64,000 nucleotides of DNA from an uncultured delta proteobacterium (GTDB lineage: Bacteria > Myxococcota_A > UBA9160 > UBA4427): NCBI GenBank assembly GCA_963822965.1, contig CAWGJT010000012.1:448001-512000 (forward strand), read 5' to 3'. The notes beneath the pieces were generated by a model. The model did not search any database and was not told the origin of the DNA. It worked only from the letters and a program-made list of their open reading frames with translations. How positions within the stretch are numbered: the first letter of the stretch is position 1; each line of letters starts with the position of its first letter. Shown here piece after piece: positions 18,963-28,773 of the stretch. The position numbers and the translations under genes are program-made.

Positions 18963-20094
18963 ATGGTCCCCCCCGAATTCCGCTACGAGCCGAAGTCCTC
19001 GACCGCATCCGCGAGGGTGACCCCCCGCAATTCCGGGCTACGCTCGGACCCGAGCGGATCGATTCCTGCCCCCGTCGTTGCCGCGAAGCGAGCGGAGACA
19101 CCAGCGCTGGCACGTGCCAGGCGAGCCCGGGAAGCGGCGAAGGCCGCACGCCTGGCGGCCGGCCCGATCGAACGAGAAGCCCAACCCGTGGAAAGCGAAG
19201 GTCCGCCGATGTCCGTGCCCGACCCCGACCGCTTCGTCGCCAGCGGCATGAGCGACATCGGACAGGTGCGCGAGGTCAACCAGGACTACTGCGGCGAGTT
19301 CGAGGATGCGTCCGCGCGACGGCGCCTCTTCATCGTCGCCGACGGCATGGGCGGGCATCGCGGCGGCGAGGTGGCCAGCCGACTGGCCGTCGAAGCCACC
19401 GCCGAGGTGTTCAAGTCCGGCGGCGACGACGCGGTGACGCTGCTGCGGTCCGCGCTCGAGGCGGCCAACGAGCACGTGTTCCGCGCCTCCCAGGAGGACA
19501 TGGACCTCGCCGGCATGGGCACCACCGGCGTGTGCCTGCTCTTCGAGAGCGACGGGCGGGCGTGGGTGGCCCACGTCGGAGACAGCCGCGCCTACCGCTT
19601 GCGGGGCGACCGCTTCGAGCAGATCACCGACGACCACTCGGTGGTGGGCGCGCTGATCCGCATGGGTCACATCACCGAGGAAGAGGCGAAGCTCCACCCC
19701 CAGCGGAACGAGATCCTGCGCGCCATCGGCACCAACGAGGACGTCGAGGTGCAGATCACCGCCCTCGAGGTCGAGCCCGGGGACAAGTACCTGCTGTGCT
19801 CCGACGGTCTCTCGGGACTGGTGCCCGCCGAGGAGATGGCCGCGGTGCTCGCCCGGGAGGAGCCGGAGAACGCCGTGCGAACCCTGGTGCAGATGGCGAA
19901 CCTCGAGGGCGGGAACGACAACATCACCGTGCAGGTGGTGATGGTTCCCGGAGAGGCCGCAGCCCCGGAAGGCCCGCACCACCGACGTGATCGTGACGCC
20001 CGTCCTGTCCCCCGCATCCGGCCCGCCGCGCTGGATCTGGGCGGCGGGCCTCGCACTGCTCGCCGCGCTCGCGTGGCTGCTCTTCGCGCGCTGA
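18963..20094 (+). CDS. PP2C-type Ser/Thr phosphatase with C-terminal transmembrane helix (apparent +1 frameshift near 19967)
   Basis: [42 protein letters not shown]. The shifted frame continues ...[22 protein letters not shown] to 20094. Start may be 19209. Confidence 0.85.
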
Positions 20095-20110
20095 TCCGCG
20101 CGAGACCGCC

Positions 20111-22689
20111 ATGGCGCCGTCCGGCGACGCCCGGGTCGCCTCGCACCCGCGCCTGATCGACCGGGTGCCCCTGGGCGCGCTGGCGTCCCCGGACGCGATC
20201 CTCGACCGCTTCCTGCGCTGGGTGACCGACCAGGGCCTCGAGCCCTATCCCGCCCAGGAGGAGGCGCTCCTCGAGCTGATGACGGGACACCACGTGGTGC
20301 TCTCCACGCCCACCGGGTCCGGCAAGTCGCTCGTCGCCCTCGGCCTCCACTTCAAGGCGCTGTGCGAGGGGGAGCGTTCGTTCTACACGGCGCCCATCAA
20401 GGCGCTCGCGAGCGAGAAGTTCTTCGAGCTGTGCGGGCACTTCGGTCCCGAGAACGTGGGCATGCTGACCGGCGACGCGAGCATCAACCCGGGCGCGCCC
20501 GTCATCTGCTGCACCGCCGAGGTGCTGGCGAACATGGCGGTGCAGCCGGGGGCAGCAGACCGACGCGCCCTACGTGGTGATGGACGAGTTCCACTACTAC
20601 GACGACGCCCAGCGCGGGGTGGCCTGGCAGATTCCGCTGATCGTCCTGCGCAAGAGCCTCTTCCTGCTGCTCTCGGCCACCCTCGGCAACACGGCGCCCA
20701 TCGAGGAGCGCCTCGGCGCGCCGCAGCGGGCGCCCGGTCACCCAGGTCCACGGCGGCGAGCGGCCCGTGCCCCTGGACTTCGAGTACGCGGAGACCCCGC
20801 TGCACGAGACCATCGAGCGCCTGCTCGCGGGCGGGCGCGCCCCCGTCTACGTGGTGCACTTCACCCAGCGCGAGGCCGCCGAGCAGGCCCAGGCGCTCAC
20901 CAGCGCCCGGGTGAGCGACCGCGAGTCCCGGCAGGCGATCGCCGCCGCCGATCGGCGGCTTCCGCTTCGACACCCCCTACGGGTCCACGGTGAAGCGCCT
21001 GCTCTCCCACGGCATCGGCCTGCACCACGCGGGCCTGCTGCCGCGCTACCGGCGGCTCGTCGAGCGGCTCGCCCAGCAGGGCCTGCTGCGCGTCATCTGC
21101 GGCACCGACACCCTGGGCGTGGGGGTGAACGTCCCGATCCGCACGGTGCTCTTCACGCGCCTGTGCGAAGTTCGACGGCGAGAAGACGGCGCTGCTCTCG
21201 GTGCGCGAGTTCCAGCAGATCGCCGGCCGCGCCGGGCGCCGGGGCTTCGACACCGCTGGGCAGCGTCGTCGCCCAGGCCCCGGAGTGGGTGATCGAGAAC
21301 CGGCGCCTCGAGGCGAAGGCCGCGGGCGCCTCGGGCCGGCGCCGGAAGATCGTCAAGAAGAAGGCGCCCGAGGGCATGCCCGCCTGGACGCAGACGACCT
21401 TCGAGGAGCTCGTCCGGCGCCCGCCCGAGATGCTGCGCTCGCGCTTCGGCCTCGACCACGGCCTCGTCGTGGGCTGCCTCCAGAGCGAGCTGGCGAAGGC
21501 TGCGCCGGGCGCCGGCTACCGGGAGCTGCTCGATCTCATCGCGCACTGCCACGAGGACGAGCCGCGCAAGCGCGAGCTGCGGCGCGAGGCCGCCGCCCTC
21601 TTCCGCTCGCTCCGCCGCGCGGAGATCGTCGAGGTCGTCCGCGGCGCGGCGGGCGGCCCGGCGACGGTCCGCGTCAGCGCGGCCCTGCAGCGCGACTTCT
21701 CGCTCCACGAGACGCTGGCGGTCTACCTGCTCGACGCGGTGGCCGCCCTCGACCCGGACGCCCCGGGCTACGCGCTCGACCTGCTCTGACCGCCGTCGAG
21801 TCGATCCTCGAGGATCCCCGGCCCATCCTCTACGCCCAGCAGCGCCTGGAGCGCGACCGGGTGGCCGCGGAGCTGAAGGCCCAGGGCGTTCCCTACGAGG
21901 AGCGGCGGGAGAAGATCGAGCGCGTCGGCTGGCCCCGGCCCAACGCGGAGTTCGCCTGGGAGACCTTCCGTCTCTTCGCCCTGCACCATCCCTGGGTGAA
22001 GAGCGAGGCCATCCGACCCAAGTCCGTCGCCCGGCAGATGTTCGAGACGTACACCGCCTTCGACGACTACGTGAAGCGATGCGGGATCGCGCGCGTCGAA
22101 GGACTGCTGCTCCGCTACCTGAGCCAGGTGCTCGACACGCTGGCCCGCTCGGTGCCCGAGGCCGCGCGCGACGACGACGTCTACGACGTCATCGGCTACC
22201 TGCGCACCCTGGTGGCGGGCGTGGACTCGAGCCTGCTGCAGGAGTGGGAGACCCTCGTCGATCCGGGCGCCGCCACCGAGCCGGCGCCGGAGGCCCACCC
22301 GCCGCGCCGACCCGCCCCCGATCCCCGGCTCTTCCGGGCCCGGGTGCGGGCCGAAATGCGCGAGCTCGTGCGCGAGCTGGCCGCCGGCCGCTACGAAGAC
22401 GCGGCCCGGCGCGTGCGCCCCATGCCCGGGCGACGCCTGGGACGCCGCTCGATTCGAGGCCGCCCTGGCCCCCTTCTTCGAGGACTACGAGCGCATCCGC
22501 TTCGACCCTCCGGCGCGCCAGGCCCACTGGACCCGGATCGACGAGCGCGAGCCCGGCCGCTTCGAGGTGCGCCAGGTGCTGCTCGACGAGCAGGACGACA
22601 ACCTCTGGCACGTGGAGGGCGAGGTGGACCTGCGCGAGCCCCTGCCCCCCGACGCACCCTGGGTGGCGATCCGCCGGATCGGCCCCTGA
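20111..22689 (+). CDS. Ski2/HelY-like DEAD/DEAH-box helicase with DUF3516-type C-terminus, broken by ~7 apparent frameshifts
   Basis: Colinear motifs across ORF fragments: [65 protein letters not shown]. Confidence 0.88.
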
Positions 22690-22762
22690 GAACCCGGCCG
22701 GCCTCCCCGCGCCGGCGCGATTCCAGGCGGGCGCGGCGCCGACTCCGCGTATACTGGGCAGC

Positions 22763-23012
22763 GCAACGGGTGCCCGGCGAGTGCCGGGCGAAGAGGGAAG
22801 TGTGGTGCCCGTGCGGCCGGGGCGAGCCAGCCCGGGGCACGGAATTCCACCGCGGACGCGCCGCCGTAATGGGTCGGCGGGCTGTGCGAGCAGCCCCGCA
22901 GCTTCCGGTCGAGAGCCACTGCAAGCGCGGTCCCGGACGCCGGACGCCGGGGATCGCGCGAAGCGGGAAGGTGACCGGAAGCGGATCCTGAGCCGGAAGA
23001 CCTGCCCGTCGC
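22763..23012 (+). ncRNA. Cobalamin (AdoCbl-type) riboswitch
   Basis: Conserved elements in order: GGTG..AAGAGGGAAG (22791), GGTG...AATTCC, GCGGacgcgCCGCCGTAA, GCCACTG (22915), GGGAAGG (22965), B12 box GAGCCGGAAGACCTGCC (22990-23006). P1 GCAACGGGT/GCCCGTCGC. TATACT -10-like hexamer at 22750. Confidence 0.93.
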
Positions 23013-23174
23013 GAGCAGTACGAGCGTCCTCGCGAACCGGGACCTCTCGGCAAGCCGTCGGTAAGACCCGCGACGAATCCGCTTCCGAGCCTCCTGCGGG
23101 GACGCTCGCTCACCCGGGTCGGCATCCCGCGACTGGATGCCCGGGCGCACGCCCGAATCGGAGCGAGTAGAGCC

Positions 23175-23759
23175 ATGAGTAGAGCCATGCGGAAGCGACG
23201 GATCGACGAACACACGCGTGCGACCCGGACGAGCGGAATCGTCCGGGCGATCGCCGGGGCGGCCCTGGCCCTGCTGCTGGCGACCCCGGCCGGGGCGCTG
23301 CCCATCGAGGCCAGCGCCGGAAGCGGCCCCGACCTCGCGACGGTGGTGCTCGAGTTCCAGGACGGGGCGGGGTACGCCTTCGAGGTGGCCTTCGACGACG
23401 CGGTGGCGACGTCGGGGATCGACATCCTGCAGGTGCTCGAGAGCGAGATCGCGAGCTTCTCGGTGACGGTCGTCGACTTCGGCTTCGGGCTCTTCGTCGA
23501 CGGCATCGCCTACGACGGGCACAGCGACGGCGGCTTCGGCGGCGGCGACCTCTTCTGGCACTACTGGACGAAGGAGTCCGCCGCGGAGGCCTGGCTGGAG
23601 TCCTCCGTCGGCGCGGCCGGCCGGGTGGTGCTGGACGGCGCCTGGGACGGCTGGCGCTTCGGCGCCGGGGCGCCGGTGCCCGAGCCCGGCACGGGAGTGC
23701 TGGTGGCCGTCGGGCTGGTGGCCCTGGCCCGGCGGCGGGCGGCCGACCGCCGCGGCTGA
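23175..23759 (+). CDS. PEP-CTERM surface protein downstream of the cobalamin riboswitch; putative corrinoid-binding domain
   Basis: Signal peptide ending AGA, motifs FGLFVDGI / FWHYW / SSVGA / LDGAWDGWRF, C-terminal VPEPGT + TM + RRR. Alternative ATG at 23187. Confidence 0.88.
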   Translation: MSRAMRKRRIDEHTRATRTSGIVRAIAGAALALLLATPAGALPIEASAGSGPDLATVVLEFQDGAGYAFEVAFDDAVATSGIDILQVLESEIASFSVTVVDFGFGLFVDGIAYDGHSDGGFGGGDLFWHYWTKESAAEAWLESSVGAAGRVVLDGAWDGWRFGAGAPVPEPGTGVLVAVGLVALARRRAADRRG

Positions 23760-23779
23760 CCCCCGAGCGGGACGCGTCG

Positions 23780-23810
23780 GAGCCCGGGGCGGCGTCGCCG
23801 CCCCGGGCTC
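23780..23810. terminator. Perfect 14-bp hairpin between convergent genes
   Basis: GAGCCCGGGGCGGC-gtc-GCCGCCCCGGGCTC. No clear U tract. Confidence 0.6.
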
Positions 23811-24722
23811 TCACGCCTTCTCTTTCGGCCCCCCCTCGGCGGGCTCCGCGTAGCGCGCAGACTCGGCGTCGTAGTCCGGGAAGCCCACCACCTCGCGCAG
23901 CGCCGCGAACGGGAGCAGACCCTCCGGCGTGCGTCCGTCGGCCAGCGCCCGAAGGGCCTCCTGCATGGCGCGGGTGGCCGCCGACAGCAGCGTGAGCGGA
24001 TAGGCGGCGATCTGGTAGCCCAGCGCCTCGAGGCGCGCCGGCGGCAGCAGCGGGGTGTCCCCGTCCTCGACCAGGTTCGCCATCTTCGCGCCCGGCAGCT
24101 CGCGACACACGGTCGCCATCTCGTCCTCGCTGCGCGGCGCCTCGAGGAACAGGATGTCGGCGCCCAGGTCGTGGAAGAGACGACAGCGCTCGAGGGCCTC
24201 GTCGAGCCCGTGGGTGGCGCGGGCGTCGGTGCGGGCCATCACCAGGATGTCGCCGCCGTGCTCCTCGCGCGCGTCCACCGCGGCCCGGATGCGGCGGGCC
24301 GCCTCGGCGCGCGAGACCACCTGCTTGCCGCGGGTGTGGCCGCAGCGCTTGGGGGCGAGCTGGTCCTCGATCATCGCGCACGCGAAGCCCGCGGACGCGT
24401 AGCCGCGCACGCTGCGCTTCACGTTCAGGGCGTTGCCGTAGCCCGTGTCGGCGTCGCCGATCACGGGGATCGACACCGCCTGGCAGATGTTGCGACCCTG
24501 GTCGAGCATCTCGCCGTACGAGATGAGCCCGGTGTCGGGCAGCCCCAGGCGCGCGGCCGAGACCGCGAAGCCGCTCATGAACGTGAGCGGGAAGCCCGCC
24601 CGCTCGATGAGCCGCGCCGAGTGGGCGTCGAAGCAGCAGGGCATCACGTGCAGCCCGGGCTCCTGCAGGAGGGCGCGCAGGCGCTCGGCCGGCGTCCGGG
24701 CATCGCGGCTGGCGTCGTTCAT
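23811..24722 (-). CDS. Isocitrate lyase/PEP mutase family enzyme (methylisocitrate lyase-like)
   Basis: FMSGFAVSAARLGLPD, DADTGYGN, IEDQLAPKRCGH, MARTDA, FLEAP. Confidence 0.9.
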   Translation of the reverse strand: MNDASRDARTPAERLRALLQEPGLHVMPCCFDAHSARLIERAGFPLTFMSGFAVSAARLGLPDTGLISYGEMLDQGRNICQAVSIPVIGDADTGYGNALNVKRSVRGYASAGFACAMIEDQLAPKRCGHTRGKQVVSRAEAARRIRAAVDAREEHGGDILVMARTDARATHGLDEALERCRLFHDLGADILFLEAPRSEDEMATVCRELPGAKMANLVEDGDTPLLPPARLEALGYQIAAYPLTLLSAATRAMQEALRALADGRTPEGLLPFAALREVVGFPDYDAESARYAEPAEGGPKEKA

Positions 24723-25300
24723 GGCTCGGCGATCGCTCCTTCCGGCAGCACGGTGCGGGGCAGCTCCTGCTCCACCCGCTGGCCGTCGCGCTTCACGATC
24801 CGCGCCGGCACGCCCACCACGGTGGTGTTCGCCGGCACGTCGCGCATGTGGATGAAGGCGCCCGCGCCGATCTTGGCCCCCGACCCGACGGTGATGGGCC
24901 CGAGCAGGGTGGCGCCGGTGCCGACGAAGACGTCGTCTCCGAGGGTCGGATGTCGCTTGCCCGCGTGCTTGCCGGTGCCGCCCAGGGTGACGTTGTGGAA
25001 GAGCACGCAGTCGTCGCCGATCACCGCCGTCTCCCCGATCACCACGCCCGAGCCGTGGTCGATGAAGAAGCGGCGCCCGATGCGCGCCCCCGGGTGGATC
25101 TCCACCCCCGTCATGAAGTGGGAGAGCACCGACAGGAAGCGGGGCACGAGCGGTACCCCCCGCACGTGGAGCCAGTGGGCGACGCGGTAGATCGCGACCG
25201 CGTGCAGCGGCTGGTGGAAGAGCAGCGTCTCGAGCGGGCTCCGGGCCGCCGGATCGTTCTCGAGCACCGCGGCGAGGTCTTCCCGGAACGTGCGCAGCAA
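24719..25300 (-). CDS. cysE: Serine O-acetyltransferase
   Basis: NDPAARS, TGVEIHPGARIG, FIDHGSGVVIGET, VTLGGTGK, RHPTLG. AGGAGG RBS before TTG. Confidence 0.9.
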   Translation of the reverse strand: MLRTFREDLAAVLENDPAARSPLETLLFHQPLHAVAIYRVAHWLHVRGVPLVPRFLSVLSHFMTGVEIHPGARIGRRFFIDHGSGVVIGETAVIGDDCVLFHNVTLGGTGKHAGKRHPTLGDDVFVGTGATLLGPITVGSGAKIGAGAFIHMRDVPANTTVVGVPARIVKRDGQRVEQELPRTVLPEGAIAEP

Positions 25301-25428
25301 GGGGCCTCCTGCGGTCGGCCCGCGACGGGAGCGCGACGGGCGCCGAGGGCGCGGCACAGCTTACCCGCTGCGCCCGGCCGCGCACCCGCAGCTTCGCCGG
25401 AAGCCGGGCGCGTGATAGCCTCCGCGGC

Positions 25429-26538
25429 GTGCGGCATCCGACGGTCCGCAAGCTCCTGGTCGCGCTCGCCGCAGCCCTGCTGCCCTTCGGGCTGCTCGAG
25501 GCGGGGGCCCGCATCTGGCTGCCGCCCGCCCCCGCGAACGACTTCCCGGGTCTGTCCCCGGACGAGATGGAGGACGCAGAGCTCCTGTGGCGGCTGCGTC
25601 CCGGCGCGCCGGAGAGCGAGCAGGGGGGCCCCGTCGACTCCCACGGCTTCCGGGGCCCGGAGCTTCCTCTCGAGAAGCAGCCGGGCGAGATCCGCATCCT
25701 CTCCCTGGGCGAGTCGAGCACCTACGGTGCGAAGGTGGCGTGGTCCGACACCTACTCGCACCGCCTGGAGGAGATCCTGCGCGCGCGGGGCCAGCCGGTC
25801 CGGGTCATCAACGCGGGCGTGCGGGCGTGGTCGACGGTGCAGTCCGCCCGCTTCCTCGACCTGCACGCGGACGAGCTCGAGCCCGACGTGGTGCTCGTCT
25901 ACCAGGAGGTGAACGACTTCCTGCCCACCACGTTCCGGGGGCTCGCGCTTCCCGGCGCCGGGCTCACGGATCGCGAGATGATGGACTGGACCGCGCGCCG
26001 GGCACCCGTGCGGGCGCTGGTCCGCAGCTCGCGACTGCTCACGGCCCTGAGCCTCGCCCTGGCCCGCGCCCGGGCCGATGCCAGCCTGCGCGCCGTGGCG
26101 GAGGAGAGCGACCGCGACCTGCTCTTCGCCCGGGCCCTGCCCTACGAGGCCGTCCGCGGCGCCCCACCCGGCGAGCGGCCCTGGATGGCGAACCCGAACG
26201 CGCTCGTGCGGGTGCCGGATCCGGACCGCGAGGCGGCACTGGCCGAGCTGCTCGCGGCCACCCGGCGGGCCGGCGCGCGGCTCGTCCTGCTGCACCCCGC
26301 CTACCCGGTGAGCGTGCCCCACCGCTGTCTCCAGACCCGCTTCGCCCGGGAGCACGGGGTGCCCCTGCTCGAGATCGAGGACGTGCTCGCACGGGCCGCC
26401 GCGGCAGACGGCGTCTCGCGAGGCGACTTCTTCGTCCCGGACGACGACTACCATCCCAACGAGCGGGGGCACGCCGTCATCGCGCGGGCCGTCGCCGACT
26501 TCCTGCAGGCGAACGGGCTGCTCGCCGCGACGGACTGA
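25429..26538 (+). CDS. SGNH/GDSL hydrolase-like membrane-anchored protein
   Basis: N-terminal TM, LGESSTYG, VINAGV, ND, DDYHPNERGH. Confidence 0.82.
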   Translation: MRHPTVRKLLVALAAALLPFGLLEAGARIWLPPAPANDFPGLSPDEMEDAELLWRLRPGAPESEQGGPVDSHGFRGPELPLEKQPGEIRILSLGESSTYGAKVAWSDTYSHRLEEILRARGQPVRVINAGVRAWSTVQSARFLDLHADELEPDVVLVYQEVNDFLPTTFRGLALPGAGLTDREMMDWTARRAPVRALVRSSRLLTALSLALARARADASLRAVAEESDRDLLFARALPYEAVRGAPPGERPWMANPNALVRVPDPDREAALAELLAATRRAGARLVLLHPAYPVSVPHRCLQTRFAREHGVPLLEIEDVLARAAAADGVSRGDFFVPDDDYHPNERGHAVIARAVADFLQANGLLAATD

Positions 26539-26606
26539 GCTGCCCGCAACCGCTGGCGCCTGTGATATCAAGACGAGCCCATGCCCCTGGCCCGGAGCCC
26601 CCAGCC

Positions 26607-27419
26607 GTGAACTCCCTCGACCCGACCGCGTTCCTGCGGAAGGGCTGGCACGACCGCCATCTGATCCGGCGGCTCGCGTGGCGCGCCGTCGAGACCCGCT
26701 ACCGGGGCTCGGTGCTGGGCCTCCTGTGGGCCTTCGTGCAGCCGCTCATGATGCTCGGCGTCTACACGTTCGTGTTCTCGGTGGTGTTCGAGAGCCGCTG
26801 GGAGATCGGCGAGGGCGACCACGCGCAGTTCGCGCTCTACCTCTTCTCGGGTCTCGCCCTGTACACGATCTTCGCCGACTGCGTGAACCGCGCCCCGGGC
26901 CTGGTGCGGGCCAACCGCACCTACATCACGCAGATCCGCTTCCCGGTGGAGGTCCTGTGCTGGGCGAGCCTGTGCGAGGCGCTGGTGAACTTCGGCTTCT
27001 CGGCGACGATCCTGGCGGTGGGCTACGCGCTCGTGATCGGCATGCCGCCGCTCTCGTGGCTCTACGTGCCGCTCATCCTGGTGCCCCTGCTGCTGCTCAC
27101 GGTGGGGACCAGCTGGTTCCTGTCTTCCCTGGGCGTCTATCTCGAGGACATCTCCCAGGTGGTGGCCGTCTTCACCACCGCGCTCCTCTTCCTGAGCCCC
27201 ATCTTCTACTCGCCCGCGCGCATTCCCGAGGCCTTCCGGGGCTTGTACTTCCTGAATCCCCTGGCGCACCTGCTCGAGATGTCGAAGGGGCCGCTCTTCC
27301 ACGGGCGGGCGCCGGACTGGCCGCTGCTCGCCGGGCTCACCCTGGGCTCGTGGCTCTTCGCCTGGGCGGGGCACCTGTGGTTCACACGCACCCAGAAGGG
27401 CTTCGCCGATGTCCTCTGA
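26607..27419 (+). CDS. wzm: Polysaccharide ABC exporter permease
   Basis: RYRGSVLGLLWAFVQPL, six TM segments, LSPIFY, LNPL, GFADVL end. Confidence 0.93.
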   Translation: MNSLDPTAFLRKGWHDRHLIRRLAWRAVETRYRGSVLGLLWAFVQPLMMLGVYTFVFSVVFESRWEIGEGDHAQFALYLFSGLALYTIFADCVNRAPGLVRANRTYITQIRFPVEVLCWASLCEALVNFGFSATILAVGYALVIGMPPLSWLYVPLILVPLLLLTVGTSWFLSSLGVYLEDISQVVAVFTTALLFLSPIFYSPARIPEAFRGLYFLNPLAHLLEMSKGPLFHGRAPDWPLLAGLTLGSWLFAWAGHLWFTRTQKGFADVL

Positions 27420-28773
27420 GCGGGCGCCCGGCGAGATCGCCATCCACGCGAGGGGGCTCGGCAAGACGTATCACGTCTACGCGCGTCCAGCGCACCGGCT
27501 GCGGGAGATGCTGCGCCTGGGCCGGGGACCCTTCCACCGCGACTTCCACGCCCTGCGCGGCGTCGACCTGGACGTCCGGCGCGGCGAGACCTTCGGGGTG
27601 ATCGGCCGCAACGGCTCGGGCAAGTCGACGCTCCTCAAACTCGTGTGCGGCCTGCTCGACAAGAGCGCCGGCGAGCTGGACGTCCGCGGCCACCTGGCGC
27701 CGATCCTCACCCTCGGCACCGGCTTCGACCCGGCCTTCACGGGGCGCGAGAACGCGGTGCTGAACGCCGCCATCCTCGGGCTTCCCGACGGCGAGATCGC
27801 GTCGCGGCTGGACGCCATCCGGGCCTTCGCGGACATCGGCGACTTCTTCGACCAGCCCGTGCAGTCCTACTCGAGCGGCATGTACGCCCGTCTCGCCTTC
27901 GCCGTCGCCATCCACTCCGACCCCGACATCCTCGTGGTGGACGAGGTGCTCGCGGTGGGCGACGAGCTCTTCACGCGCAAGTGCGCGGCGCGCATCGAGG
28001 AGATCAAGTCGCAGGGCGCCACGATCCTCTTCGTCTCCCACGCGTCGAATCTGATCCTCGAGCTGTGCGACCGGGTGCTGCTGCTCGAGCACGGGGAGCC
28101 CCTGCGCACGGGCGACCCCAAGACGGTGCTCGGCTGCTACCAGAAGCTGCTGCATGCCCCGCTCCACGAGCAGCCGCGGATCGCCGCCGAGATCCGGAGC
28201 GGCGCCACCGCGAGCCCCGCGTCCACCGGAACCGAGACCGCCGGAGCACCGGTCTCCCAAGACGCGGCCTACTGGGTGCCCGAGCTGGTCCCGGAGAGCA
28301 CCGTCCACTACGAGAGCCACGGCGCGCACATCGACGACGCCCGGATCCTCGACGCGAACGGACGCCGCGTGAACGTGCTCGTGCCCGGCGAGACCTACGT
28401 CTACGCCTACGACGTCACGTTCTCGAAGCCGGCCGGGGGCGTGCGCTTCGGCATGATGATCAAGCTCGTCACGGGCTTCGAGCTGGCGGGGCAGACCTCC
28501 CATCGGGAGGACCGGCCGATTCCCCAGATCGCGGCGGGCAGCCGGGTACAGGTGCGCTTCCGCTTCCGTCCGGCGCTCGCCGCGGGGGCCTACTTCCTGA
28601 ACGCCGGCGTGCTGGGACTGGGTGACGCGGGAGAGCGCTTCCTGCACCGGATCGTGGACGCCACCATGTTCCGCATCGAGCGGGCGCGCACGCCGCTCAG
28701 CACGGGCTACGTGGACCTCTCCCTGCAGGAGCCGGCCGAGATCGTCATCGAGCCGCCCGCGGAAGATCGCTGA
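27409..28773 (+). CDS. wzt: Polysaccharide ABC exporter ATPase with C-terminal carbohydrate-binding (Wzt-C) domain
   Basis: GRNGSGKST, YSSGMYARLAFA, VDEVLAVGD, ~150-aa beta-rich C-terminal extension. Confidence 0.94.
   Translation: MSSERAPGEIAIHARGLGKTYHVYARPAHRLREMLRLGRGPFHRDFHALRGVDLDVRRGETFGVIGRNGSGKSTLLKLVCGLLDKSAGELDVRGHLAPILTLGTGFDPAFTGRENAVLNAAILGLPDGEIASRLDAIRAFADIGDFFDQPVQSYSSGMYARLAFAVAIHSDPDILVVDEVLAVGDELFTRKCAARIEEIKSQGATILFVSHASNLILELCDRVLLLEHGEPLRTGDPKTVLGCYQKLLHAPLHEQPRIAAEIRSGATASPASTGTETAGAPVSQDAAYWVPELVPESTVHYESHGAHIDDARILDANGRRVNVLVPGETYVYAYDVTFSKPAGGVRFGMMIKLVTGFELAGQTSHREDRPIPQIAAGSRVQVRFRFRPALAAGAYFLNAGVLGLGDAGERFLHRIVDATMFRIERARTPLSTGYVDLSLQEPAEIVIEPPAEDR

Noticed and set aside
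20111..22689. Helicase (and likewise amtB, P450, argD and others) as true pseudogenes or programmed frameshifts
   Set aside because: Motifs are intact, the breaks are mostly extra bases at wobble positions and no slippery heptamers were seen. An assembly artefact is more parsimonious.
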